From: a virus | DNA: 40,627 nucleotides | Direction: 5' to 3' (one strand) | Virus record (IMG/VR): IMGVR_UViG_3300020182_000008 | Span: 1-40,627 of that record | Part shown: in pieces, positions 26,150 to 36,050 of the stretch | Position numbering within the stretch: position 1 is the stretch's first letter | How the letters are laid out: each line of letters opens with the position of its first letter | Position numbers and translations under genes: made by a program | Notes under the pieces: generated by a model | Seen by the model: only the letters and a program-made list of their open reading frames with translations | The model's database searches: none | What the model was told of the DNA's origin: nothing

Positions 26150-27586
26150 ATGAAAGAAGGTTATTTACCTAAGGAGCAAAGGAAAAAAATACTCTTGCTC
26201 TGTGATGATATTAGAATGCACTCTGGTATCGCTACAATGGCAAGAGAGTTTGTATTAGGAACCTGCCACAAATATAACTGGGTTAACTGTGGTGCCGCTA
26301 TAAACCACCCAGAAGTAGGAAAACGAATTGACTTAAGTGCTGATACTGGTAATCGTGCAGGAGTAGAAGATGCATCTGTATTTTTATATCCTCAAAATGG
26401 GTATGGAGATTCTACACTGATTCGTAACATGCTTAAAACAGAAAAACCAGATGCTGTATTTATTTTTACAGATCCTCGTTATTGGGAGTGGTTATTTCAA
26501 ATTGAAAATGAAGTTAGAGCTAAAGTTCCATTAATTTATCTTAATATTTGGGATGACCTACCCGCACCTATGTATAATGAAGCCTATTATGAATCATGTG
26601 ATGCTTTATTAGGTATTTCAAAACAAACCACTAATATTAATAAAATTGTACTAGGGGATAAAGCTAAAGATAAAGTTATAGAATATGTTCCCCATGGTAT
26701 TAATGAAAAACATTTCTTCCCAATTGATGAAAAGCATGAAAGTTGGGATAAATTACAACAAGCTAAAAAACAATTATTTGGAGATAAGGAATATAAACAC
26801 GTGTTTTTCTTTAACTCTAGAAACATCAGAAGAAAAATGCCTTCTGATTTACTAGCTGCTTATAAAATCTTTAAAGAAAGTCTACCTGAAGAAGAAAAAG
26901 ATGATGTATGTTTAGTACTTCATACTCAACCTGTAGATAATAATGGAACTGATTTATTAGCTGTAAAACATCTATTATTAGGTGAGGATGATAGTGTAAG
27001 ATTTTCTACTGCTAAATTAGCCACTGAAGGTATGAATTATCTTTATAATTTAGCTGATGTAACTGTATTACCTTCTTCAAATGAAGGATGGGGGTTATCA
27101 TTAACTGAATCAATGATGGCTGGTACAATGATTATAGCTAATGTTACAGGTGGAATGCAAGACCAAATGCGTTTTGAAGATGAAAATGGTAATTGGATTG
27201 AATTCGATGAAAATTTTTGTTCTAATCATTTTGGCACCTATAAAAAGCATGGTAAATGGGCTATACCAGTATTCCCTTCTAATACAGCAATAGTTGGTTC
27301 CCCTAAAACTCCTTATATATTCGATGATAGATTAGATTTTAGAGATTTAGCTAAAGCATTAGAGAAATCTTATAGAATGACTAAAGAAGAAAAAATAGAA
27401 GCCGGTAGAGCAGCTCGTGAATGGGTTACTTCAGACGAATCAATGCAATCAGCAAGACGTATGAATGAAAATATCATCAAATATGTTGATAAAACCCTCG
27501 ATAATTTTAAACCACGTAAAAATTTCTTCTTTACTAAAGTAGAAAATCCGCCTGTTAAAAAATTACGACATAAATTAGTATATTAG
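26150..27586 (+). CDS. Glycosyltransferase, GT4-like
   Basis: VPHGI, RNIRRK, EGWGLSLTE. Confidence 0.88.
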   Translation: MKEGYLPKEQRKKILLLCDDIRMHSGIATMAREFVLGTCHKYNWVNCGAAINHPEVGKRIDLSADTGNRAGVEDASVFLYPQNGYGDSTLIRNMLKTEKPDAVFIFTDPRYWEWLFQIENEVRAKVPLIYLNIWDDLPAPMYNEAYYESCDALLGISKQTTNINKIVLGDKAKDKVIEYVPHGINEKHFFPIDEKHESWDKLQQAKKQLFGDKEYKHVFFFNSRNIRRKMPSDLLAAYKIFKESLPEEEKDDVCLVLHTQPVDNNGTDLLAVKHLLLGEDDSVRFSTAKLATEGMNYLYNLADVTVLPSSNEGWGLSLTESMMAGTMIIANVTGGMQDQMRFEDENGNWIEFDENFCSNHFGTYKKHGKWAIPVFPSNTAIVGSPKTPYIFDDRLDFRDLAKALEKSYRMTKEEKIEAGRAAREWVTSDESMQSARRMNENIIKYVDKTLDNFKPRKNFFFTKVENPPVKKLRHKLVY

Positions 27587-27588
27587 TT

Positions 27589-28881
27589 ATGAGCAAACCT
27601 TTTGTAGTAGTTAGCTGCCCAATAGATACATTTTCAGGATATGGATCTCGTTCAAGAGATGTAGTTAAAGCATTAATGCGATCTGAAAAATATGATGTAA
27701 AAATCTTATCACAAAAATGGGGTAATACACCTTATGGAGCATTAGACGAAAATAAACCTGAAGAAAAACAAATGTTGGATGCTATAATTCCAACACCCTT
27801 ACAACGTCAACCTGATGTTTGGATACAAATATCCATCCCAGATGAATTCCAAAAAATTGGTAAATTTAGTATTGGTATAACAGCTGGTATAGAAACTGAC
27901 TTATGTGATGTTAGATTTATTCAAGGGTGTAACAATATGGACTTAATATTAGGTTCTTCAAACCATAGTTTATTAGCACTTAAACAAAGCCAATACGAAC
28001 AAAAAAATAAAGCTGGACAAGTAGTAGGTATGGTTAAATTAGAAACCCCTACTGATGTTTTATTTGAAGGTTTAGATTTAGAAAAGTATTACCACATTGA
28101 ACCTAAAGATTTGCCCAAAACTGAATTAGTAGAATCATTAGATACTATTGACGAGCAATTTTGTTTCTTATATGTAGGTCATTGGTTAAGAGGAGCAATA
28201 GGAGAAGATAGAAAAAATACCGGTTTAATGCTTAAAACCTTTCTTGAAACATTTAAAGGAGCCAAGAAAAAACCAGCATTAATAATGAAAACAATGACTG
28301 GTCCTGCTTCAATAATGGATAGAGATGAAGTGTTACGTAAAATAAATGAAGTAAGAAAAGGTGTAGGAGGAAATTTACCTAATGTTTATTTAATTCATGG
28401 TGAAATAGATGATGCTGATGTAAACCACTTATATAACCACCCTAAAGTTAAAGCAATGATTAATTTAACTAAAGGTGAAGGTTTTGGTCGTCCCTTACTT
28501 GAATTTACTCAAAGTAAAAAACCAATTATTGCTTCAAATTGGAGTGGCCACTTAGATTTTTTACATAAGGACTTTGCCAGTTTAGTACCAGGAGAAGTAA
28601 AACAAGTACATGAATCAGTAGTTCAAGATAGATTAATATTAAAAGAATCAAAATGGTTTCAATTTGATATAAGTTTTGCTCAATTGTTAATAAAAGATTA
28701 TTTTAACAGTTATAAAGGGTATCAAGTTAAAGGAAAACGTTTAGGGCATTATTGTAAAACAAATTTTTCATTTGAAAAAATGCAGGAGAAGTTAGAAGAA
28801 ATTATGGATAAAAATGCTCCTAAAAAAGTAGAAATAAAATTACCTAGTATAAAGAAAATTTCATTACCAAAAAAAAGTTAA
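27589..28881 (+). CDS. Glycosyltransferase, GT4-like
   Basis: SGYG, DRKN, GEGFGRPLLE, WSGHLDF. Confidence 0.85.
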   Translation: MSKPFVVVSCPIDTFSGYGSRSRDVVKALMRSEKYDVKILSQKWGNTPYGALDENKPEEKQMLDAIIPTPLQRQPDVWIQISIPDEFQKIGKFSIGITAGIETDLCDVRFIQGCNNMDLILGSSNHSLLALKQSQYEQKNKAGQVVGMVKLETPTDVLFEGLDLEKYYHIEPKDLPKTELVESLDTIDEQFCFLYVGHWLRGAIGEDRKNTGLMLKTFLETFKGAKKKPALIMKTMTGPASIMDRDEVLRKINEVRKGVGGNLPNVYLIHGEIDDADVNHLYNHPKVKAMINLTKGEGFGRPLLEFTQSKKPIIASNWSGHLDFLHKDFASLVPGEVKQVHESVVQDRLILKESKWFQFDISFAQLLIKDYFNSYKGYQVKGKRLGHYCKTNFSFEKMQEKLEEIMDKNAPKKVEIKLPSIKKISLPKKS

Positions 28882-29478
28882 ATGAAAATTTTAGATATAT
28901 TCCCTACTAAAATATTAGGAAAGATCCTAAATAACCTTTCAGAAAGGGAATTAAATTCTTATAAAGATTTTATAATTAATGATTGTTCCGTTAATAAGGA
29001 ATCTAGTACTAGATTAAAACATACTCAAAATCAACAAATATTAAATTTACCTATATTTGTTAATTTAAAAAATAATATATTAAAATATTCTAAAGCTTAT
29101 TTAGATAATTTAGAATTAATATATGAAGACTTACAGTTTGCCTGTTCTTGGGGTAATATAGTTTATAAAAATGGATATTCAGGGGCACACCATCACAATA
29201 ATAGCTATTTAAGTGGGGTTTTTTATTTTGATTATAGTTCACCTATTAGTTTTTTTAAATCTCCTAATATTCACCAAGGTTTTAAATTAGATTCAAAAAA
29301 AGAGAATGATAGTAATGAATCTTTTATTATAGACCCTAAACCTAATTTATTACTAATATTCCCATCAACTCTAAATCACTGTATTTTACCTAGTTCGAAT
29401 GATATGAGAATTTCTATAGCTTTTAATATAATTCCTAAAGGAAAATTTGGTTTTCCAACAGCGGGTCTTAACTTATAA
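28882..29478 (+). CDS. 2OG-Fe(II) oxygenase, TIGR02466-like
   Basis: HHHNNSYLSGVFY...FPSTLNH...RISIAFNIIPKG. Confidence 0.85.
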   Translation: MKILDIFPTKILGKILNNLSERELNSYKDFIINDCSVNKESSTRLKHTQNQQILNLPIFVNLKNNILKYSKAYLDNLELIYEDLQFACSWGNIVYKNGYSGAHHHNNSYLSGVFYFDYSSPISFFKSPNIHQGFKLDSKKENDSNESFIIDPKPNLLLIFPSTLNHCILPSSNDMRISIAFNIIPKGKFGFPTAGLNL

Positions 29479-29481
29479 ATT

Positions 29482-29940
29482 ATGACAAAAGATAATCTTG
29501 AAAACTGTCCTAAATGTGGTGGAGATGCATGCTATACCACTAAACTGAACACTTCAGCTAAAAACTATTTTTGTTTTGGTTGTGGCTTTACTACTAATGA
29601 TTTAATGCGTATTGGTGAATTTGGTTTTGAACAATATGAAGAAACCCTACCCGAACTTTATAAAGATATTAAAGTTGATGATGGTACAACACGTATCTGG
29701 TATCCTATTGTAGTAAATATAGAAGACAAAGGTACTGTATTTGCTAAAGGTACTAACTATCAAAATTGGATGTGGGCTGGAATTAAAGTAAAAGAAGTAT
29801 CAAAAGAAGAACAAGAAAAGTTTAAAATACCGGGTTCTGATAAAGTTTACAAATATAAAACTGATATGTCTACTTTAAAAGAATGGGGACAACGTGACTT
29901 TATGGAGGCACTTGATTATATTGGATTTTTTCAAAATTAA
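29482..29940 (+). CDS. Hypothetical protein with N-terminal Zn ribbon
   Basis: CPKC...CFGC. Confidence 0.7.
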   Translation: MTKDNLENCPKCGGDACYTTKLNTSAKNYFCFGCGFTTNDLMRIGEFGFEQYEETLPELYKDIKVDDGTTRIWYPIVVNIEDKGTVFAKGTNYQNWMWAGIKVKEVSKEEQEKFKIPGSDKVYKYKTDMSTLKEWGQRDFMEALDYIGFFQN

Positions 29941-29943
29941 AAT

Positions 29944-30546
29944 ATGTTTATAGATTTATTTCCAACTGTGCTTTATCAAGAAAATTTAATAGATATTTCT
30001 GACGAAGAATTGCAACAATATATTAAACAAGTTTACGATGAAGAATCTATAGAAGAACCTAATAATAAGGGAACTACTACTATAAATCAAAAATTATTAG
30101 ATCTTCCCTTATTTTTTAAGTTAAAAAAACACGTTTTATATTATTCTCACAACTATTTTACAGAATTAGGATACTCAGATTTTGACATTCAAATAAGTTG
30201 TTCATGGGCTAATATAGTAAACACAAATCATAGTATCCAAAAACATTATCATACTAACAGTTTTTTAAGTGGTTGTTTTTACCCTACTAGTAATCCCTCT
30301 CCTATAATGTTTACTAATCCTATAGATGATAAGTGGATTTTTGAAGATATTAAAAATAGTTTTCCTAATAAACATCGTACTTGGGGTAGTTTTAAATATG
30401 TTCCTAAAGTAAAAGATATATTATTATTTCCTTCTTGGTTACTACATGAGGTTATTGAATCCAAACAAGATGGAAGGATAACAATTGCCTTTAATATAAT
30501 ACCTAAAGGTGAAATTGGGACGCTAGCAAATAAAATAAATTTTTAA
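29944..30546 (+). CDS. 2OG-Fe(II) oxygenase, TIGR02466-like
   Basis: HYHTNSFLSGCFY...FPSWLLHEV...RITIAFNIIPKG. Confidence 0.85.
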   Translation: MFIDLFPTVLYQENLIDISDEELQQYIKQVYDEESIEEPNNKGTTTINQKLLDLPLFFKLKKHVLYYSHNYFTELGYSDFDIQISCSWANIVNTNHSIQKHYHTNSFLSGCFYPTSNPSPIMFTNPIDDKWIFEDIKNSFPNKHRTWGSFKYVPKVKDILLFPSWLLHEVIESKQDGRITIAFNIIPKGEIGTLANKINF

Positions 30547-30548
30547 TT

Positions 30549-31184
30549 ATGGGAATAAGTTTTGCAATTACAGCTTATAATGAGCACGAAGAATTAAAAC
30601 AATTACTAAATCAATTAGTACAAATTGTTAAATCTAGTGATGAGATTGTTATACAATTAGATAATAAAGCAACCGAAGAAGTAATTAAAATAACTGATGA
30701 ATTTTATGAAAAACATTCAGACAGGGTTATTATTAAAAAAACATTTTTTGGTTTAGATAACCACTTTGCTAATTTTAAAAATAATTTAAAAGAGCATTGT
30801 TCCAAAGATTGGATATTTCAAATTGATGCCGATGAAACATTAAGTGAAACTTTTTGTACTATAATACACCAGGTATTAGAAGCTAATGAAGAAATAGATT
30901 TAATAGCTGTACCTCGAGTTAATATAGTTAAAGGATTAACTGAAAATGATATTACACAATGGCATTGGAGGGTAAATAATCAGGGTTGGGTTAATTGGCC
31001 CGATGCTCAACACAGAATTTTTAGAAATAAACCTGAAGTAGGGTGGGTAAATAAAGTACATGAAAAAATAGTAGGGTGGAAAACATATGCTGAATTACCA
31101 TCTGAAGATGATTCATATGCTTTATATCATATAAAAGATATAGATAGACAAAGAACACAAAACGAATTTTATGCCCAAATTTAA
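30549..31184 (+). CDS. Glycosyltransferase, GT2-like
   Basis: ITAYNE, WIFQIDADE, VHE. Confidence 0.88.
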   Translation: MGISFAITAYNEHEELKQLLNQLVQIVKSSDEIVIQLDNKATEEVIKITDEFYEKHSDRVIIKKTFFGLDNHFANFKNNLKEHCSKDWIFQIDADETLSETFCTIIHQVLEANEEIDLIAVPRVNIVKGLTENDITQWHWRVNNQGWVNWPDAQHRIFRNKPEVGWVNKVHEKIVGWKTYAELPSEDDSYALYHIKDIDRQRTQNEFYAQI

Positions 31185-31788
31185 ACCATATTTAAACCAA
31201 AAATTAACTATAACCCCCGAAGGAGAAATTTTTGATGAAGAAGGTTATGGAGTTATGATGGGTTTTGAAAAACCTTTAATGAAAAAAACTGCTGAGGTTA
31301 TTTGTGCTAATAATGGAGACATTTTAAATGTAGGATATGGAATGGGTTTAATAGATAATTATATTCAAAGTTATAATTCTAACTCCCATTGGATAATAGA
31401 AGCTCATCCCCAAATAAAAGAAAAAATGTGTAAGGAAGGATGGTTAAAAAAACCAAATGTAAAATGTATTTTTACAAAATGGCAAAATGTGTTACCTTAT
31501 TTACCTAAATTTGATGGAATTTATATTGATACTTATGGAGAAAGTATGTTAGATTTTATTAAAAATGCACATAAATTATTAAAACCTAATGGTATATTTT
31601 CTTTTTTTTACAACCCATTTTCACCTGAAGAATTAATTAATTCCACTTTTGGGGCACTTGAACAACATTTTAATAAAAGATCTATTCAAGTTGAATTTGA
31701 TGAAGTTCCTAATTCTCAAGGTACTGAGCCATATTGGCTACCTGAGGTAAAGATTTTTAAATTATATTATTGGATATTAAAAACATAA
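31171..31788 (+). CDS. SAM methyltransferase, RMT2/GAMT-like
   Basis: VMMGFEKPLM, ILNVGYGMGLID, HWIIEAHP, FDGIYIDTY, LLKPNG. Confidence 0.8.
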   Translation: MPKFKPYLNQKLTITPEGEIFDEEGYGVMMGFEKPLMKKTAEVICANNGDILNVGYGMGLIDNYIQSYNSNSHWIIEAHPQIKEKMCKEGWLKKPNVKCIFTKWQNVLPYLPKFDGIYIDTYGESMLDFIKNAHKLLKPNGIFSFFYNPFSPEELINSTFGALEQHFNKRSIQVEFDEVPNSQGTEPYWLPEVKIFKLYYWILKT

Positions 31789-31791
31789 AAC

Positions 31792-32694
31792 ATGAAAACA
31801 TTAGTTACAGGAGGTTATGGAATGGTAGGTTCCGCAATGGAATCACAAATTAAATTATCACGAGAAACTTGTGATTTAACAAACCCAAAACAAACAGAAG
31901 CATTATTTAGAACAATTAGACCAGAAGGTGTAATTCATTGCGCGGGTAAAGTTGGAGGTATAGGTGGTAACTCAAATTATAAAGGTGAATACTTTTATGA
32001 TAACTTAATGATTAATACTAATGTAATTGAATCATCCAGAAGAGCAGGTGTAAAACGATTAGTAGCCTTTCTATCTACTTGTGTATTCCCAGATAATGTT
32101 TCATATCCCCTTACAGTAGACCAAGTCCATCAAGGTGAACCACACTCTTCAAATTATCCTTATGCATATGCTAAACGAATGGCAGATGTTCAGATTAGAG
32201 CATACCGTGAACAATATGGTTTAAATTATACATCAATTATTCCATCTAACATTTATGGTCCTAATGATAACTTTTCATTAGAACATGGACACGTAATGCC
32301 TATGTTAATTCATAAATTATATCTGGCTAAGAAAAATAAAACAGACTTTACTGTATGGGGTAGTGGGAAACCATTAAGAGAGTTCATATATTCCAAGGAT
32401 ATAGCTAAAATAGCAGAATGGGCTTTAGAAAACTATGAAGGAACCGAACCACTTATTGTAAGTGGAGATGATGAAGTATCAATTAAAGATTTAGTAGGTT
32501 TATTAGTTGATGAATTCAAATTCAAAGGTAAAGTTGTATTTGATGAAACAAAACCAGATGGGCAATTTAGAAAACCCTCAGATAATTCTAAAATAAAAGA
32601 ATTACTACCTGATTTTGAGTATACTCCATTTGAAGTAGGAATAAAAGAAACAGTTAATTGGTTTAAAGAAAATTACGAGAATGCAAGAAAATAA
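31792..32694 (+). CDS. fcl: GDP-L-fucose synthase
   Basis: GKVGGI, STCVFP, YAYAK, NIYGPNDNF, WGSGKPLREF, KPDG. Confidence 0.93.
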   Translation: MKTLVTGGYGMVGSAMESQIKLSRETCDLTNPKQTEALFRTIRPEGVIHCAGKVGGIGGNSNYKGEYFYDNLMINTNVIESSRRAGVKRLVAFLSTCVFPDNVSYPLTVDQVHQGEPHSSNYPYAYAKRMADVQIRAYREQYGLNYTSIIPSNIYGPNDNFSLEHGHVMPMLIHKLYLAKKNKTDFTVWGSGKPLREFIYSKDIAKIAEWALENYEGTEPLIVSGDDEVSIKDLVGLLVDEFKFKGKVVFDETKPDGQFRKPSDNSKIKELLPDFEYTPFEVGIKETVNWFKENYENARK

Positions 32695-33658
32695 GGTTGC
32701 TTTAATTACTGGTATAAATGGTCAAGACGGATCGTACTTAGCCGAATTTTTATTAGAAAAAGGATATGAAGTATGGGGTACTGTAAAACGTAACTCCGTA
32801 GCTGAAAACCAAACATCACGTTTAGATGAAATTTATCCCCAATTATTAGGTAAATTACAATACGCTGATTTAACTGATTTAGCATCTTTAATTTCAGTTA
32901 TACAACAATGTCAACCCGACGAAATTTACAATTTAGCAGCACAAAGTCACGTTCGAATTTCATTTGACCAACCCATCTACACAGCACAAGCTACTGGCGT
33001 AGGTACGCTTAATTTACTAGAGGCAATTCGTTTAACTAAACCGGATGCTAAAATGTATCAAGCATCAAGTAGCGAAATGTTTGGTAATAGTATAGATGCA
33101 GATGGTTTCCAAAGAGAAACCACCCCATTATCTCCAGTATCACCTTATGGATGTGCTAAAGTATATTCATACAATATTTGTAACAACTATAAGAATTCTT
33201 ATGGTATGTTTATATCAAATGGAATCTTATTTAATCACGAATCACCAAGACGTGGAACTAACTTTGTAACAAATAAAGTAGTTAAAAATGCAGTGATGAT
33301 TAAAAAAGGCTTAAAAGATAGTTTAGCATTAGGTAATTTAAGTGCTACTCGTGATTGGGGCCATGCTAAAGATTATGTCAAAGCAATGTGGTTAATCCTC
33401 CAACAAGACAAACCAGATAATTTTGTATGTTCTACAGGTGTATCCCACTCAGTAGAAGATTTAGTTGCTTATACATTTGGTAAATTAGATTTAGATTGGA
33501 AACAGTATGTTACACAAGACCCTAAATTTTTACGTCCTGAAGAATTAGAAGATTTAAAGGGCGATTCTACCAAATTAAGAAAACTAGGTTGGAAACCTGA
33601 CTACACATTCGAGACAATGATTGATGAAATGATTGAATACTGGATGGAAATTCTATGA
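32681..33658 (+). CDS. gmd: GDP-mannose 4,6-dehydratase
   Basis: GINGQDGSYLAE, AQSHV, SPYGCAK, FNHESPRRG, RDWGHA. Confidence 0.96.
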   Translation: MQENKVALITGINGQDGSYLAEFLLEKGYEVWGTVKRNSVAENQTSRLDEIYPQLLGKLQYADLTDLASLISVIQQCQPDEIYNLAAQSHVRISFDQPIYTAQATGVGTLNLLEAIRLTKPDAKMYQASSSEMFGNSIDADGFQRETTPLSPVSPYGCAKVYSYNICNNYKNSYGMFISNGILFNHESPRRGTNFVTNKVVKNAVMIKKGLKDSLALGNLSATRDWGHAKDYVKAMWLILQQDKPDNFVCSTGVSHSVEDLVAYTFGKLDLDWKQYVTQDPKFLRPEELEDLKGDSTKLRKLGWKPDYTFETMIDEMIEYWMEIL

Positions 33659-34473
33659 AATTAAAAATCAAACATTTTGATGCTAAAGTATTTGAATCCA
33701 AGATGCAACATCTTAGGGATATCGACTTTACATTATTTGTAGATGACATCCCTCAGTCTCAAGATGATTTAACTGATTTAAATGTTTTAGTGTTACAAGA
33801 ACCAAATGAATATTTTGGTTTACACGATTGGGCAATCCAAAATCAAAACCTATTTTCCCTTATTTTAACTTGGGATGATAAGGTTTTAAATAATTGTGAT
33901 AATGCCCGTTTTTTACCCTTTGGACATACTTGGTTTACACCTCATATTTGGAATAAATCTTATGAGAAAAAACATCAAGTATCTCATTTAGCAGGTAAAT
34001 TACAGAAAACATATGGACATAGTTTACGTCACGAATTATTAGCTAGACAAAATGAGATAAAAATAGATAAAGTATTTCATCACACTTATGGTGATAGAAA
34101 TAATATTGATGACGCCCGTATAGGTAAAGTAGATGTATTTTCTAAAAGTCAATATGGCGTAGCAATTGAAAACACCCAACATAGAGGATATTTTACAGAA
34201 AAAATATTAGATTTATTTTTATTAAAAACTATTCCAATATATTGGGGTTGTTCTAATATTAAAGATTTTTTTAATCCACAAGGTATTATCTATATAACAA
34301 GTATAGATGAAGCCATCTATAAACTAAATAATATTTTAGATGCTGATTACTATAATAAAGTTTTACCTGCTATAGAGGAGAATCATAAAAAAGCATTAAA
34401 ATATGTTGATTATGAACAAAATATAGTTGATTATATAACTAAAGTATTTACTGAAAATGGAATACTTATTTAA
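33655..34473 (+). CDS. Fucosyltransferase-like glycosyltransferase (GT10)
   Basis: AIENT..RGYFTEK...TIPIYWG. Confidence 0.8.
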   Translation: MKLKIKHFDAKVFESKMQHLRDIDFTLFVDDIPQSQDDLTDLNVLVLQEPNEYFGLHDWAIQNQNLFSLILTWDDKVLNNCDNARFLPFGHTWFTPHIWNKSYEKKHQVSHLAGKLQKTYGHSLRHELLARQNEIKIDKVFHHTYGDRNNIDDARIGKVDVFSKSQYGVAIENTQHRGYFTEKILDLFLLKTIPIYWGCSNIKDFFNPQGIIYITSIDEAIYKLNNILDADYYNKVLPAIEENHKKALKYVDYEQNIVDYITKVFTENGILI

Positions 34474-34927
34474 AAAATATAAAGCAGATTGTACTGTATT
34501 TTTTGAAACAGGTACCCATATAGGAAATGCCATACAATCAGCTTATGACTTAGGTTTTAAACGTATAGTATCTATAGAGATACAAGAACGTTTTTATGAC
34601 TATTGTATGCAACGTTTTCAACCATTAGATGCTTGGGAACAAATAAAATTATTTTTAGGTAGATCTGAAGATAATATTGAAAAATTAGTACAAGAATGGG
34701 TTAATGGTAGAGGAATGTTTTGGTTAGATGCACATGAAACTAATAGCCCGTATAAATTAGAAATAGAGGCAATAATGAAACATGAACGTAATGATCATGT
34801 TATAATAATAGACGATATAGACAAGTATGGAATAGATACAAATTGGATTAAAGATACCTTGTCTAAGCACAATCCTTTATATACATTTAACACATATGAG
34901 AAAAAAAGTTTGGTATGCTCCCTATAA
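34457..34927 (+). CDS. Putative SAM methyltransferase
   Basis: FFETGT, SIEI, FWLDAH, IIIDD. Confidence 0.65.
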   Translation: MEYLFKKYKADCTVFFETGTHIGNAIQSAYDLGFKRIVSIEIQERFYDYCMQRFQPLDAWEQIKLFLGRSEDNIEKLVQEWVNGRGMFWLDAHETNSPYKLEIEAIMKHERNDHVIIIDDIDKYGIDTNWIKDTLSKHNPLYTFNTYEKKSLVCSL

Positions 34928-36050
34928 GTTTGAATCTTATGGTGAGGAAGAAATTAAAGCAGTAGAAAAAGCTCTCCGTGATGGATGGCTAGCTGGGTTT
35001 GGACCTTATACTGTAGAGTTTGAAGAGAAAATTGCTAAAGAATTTGGTAAAAAATATGGTGTGTTTGTCAATTCAGGTTCATCAGCATGTTTATTAGCAT
35101 TAGCATCCTTAGATTTAGAAAAAGGCAGTGAGGTGATCACACCTGCACTTACATTTTCTACTACATTAGCTCCTATTTTACAATTAGGATATAAACCTAA
35201 ATTTGTAGATAGTGAATCTAGAACGTATGTACCTAGTGTATCTACAATTATTCATTCAATTAGTAGCTATACTAAAGCAATTATGATGCCTAATTTAATA
35301 GGTAATGTTTTAGATTGGGGAGCTTTACGTAGTGAATTAAAACGTATTGGCCGAGAAGATATTTATGTAATTGAAGATTCAGCTGATACTATCACGCATA
35401 CTCCTTCAACAGACGTATCAACAACTAGTTTTTACGCTTCACACGTTATTACAGCAGGTGGAATGGGTGGTATGGTAATGTTTAATGATGAAAAGCATAT
35501 GAAACGTGCCTTGATGTATCGTGATTGGGGACGTATTGGAGATAATAGTGAAAATATGGATGAGCGTTTTGCACATGAAGTAGATGGTATTCCTTATGAC
35601 TATAAATTTTTATATGGTGTTTTAGGATATAATATGAAATGTGCTGAAGCAAATGCGGCATTTGGTTTAGTACAATTAGAAAAATTCCAATCATATAAAG
35701 AAATAAGACGTAAAAATATAGAACGTTATTTGGAACGTTTATCTATTATTAAAGAAATAGTTTTACCTGATGATAAATTTAAACCAAATTGGTTAGCTAT
35801 TCCATTACAAACAGAACGTAGATTAGAATTACTCACATTCTTAGAAAAACATAATATCCAAACTCGAGTTACATTCGCTGGTAATGTTACTAGACACCCA
35901 GCATATAGAGAGTATTTACAACCCTTTAAAGTAGCAGATGAGGTAATGAAAAACGGGTTTTTACTTGGTGCTCATCATGGAATGGACACTTATGATGTAG
36001 ATTATGTTTGTGATAAAATAGAAGAATTTTTTGGGTACGATTATGAATAA
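34896..36050 (+). CDS. DegT-family PLP/PMP enzyme, RfbH/DdhC-like NDP-4-keto-6-deoxyhexose 3-dehydrase
   Basis: VNSGSSA, IEDSAD, SFYASHVIT (His at the Lys position), RDWGR, YDYKF.Y..LGYN.K. Confidence 0.8.
   Translation: MRKKVWYAPYKFESYGEEEIKAVEKALRDGWLAGFGPYTVEFEEKIAKEFGKKYGVFVNSGSSACLLALASLDLEKGSEVITPALTFSTTLAPILQLGYKPKFVDSESRTYVPSVSTIIHSISSYTKAIMMPNLIGNVLDWGALRSELKRIGREDIYVIEDSADTITHTPSTDVSTTSFYASHVITAGGMGGMVMFNDEKHMKRALMYRDWGRIGDNSENMDERFAHEVDGIPYDYKFLYGVLGYNMKCAEANAAFGLVQLEKFQSYKEIRRKNIERYLERLSIIKEIVLPDDKFKPNWLAIPLQTERRLELLTFLEKHNIQTRVTFAGNVTRHPAYREYLQPFKVADEVMKNGFLLGAHHGMDTYDVDYVCDKIEEFFGYDYE

Noticed and set aside
3015-30548. Integron-like attC sites or target-site duplications flanking the oxygenase genes
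   Set aside because: The junctions are 0-16 nt of A/T with no shared palindrome or duplication visible, and no integrase is in the window.
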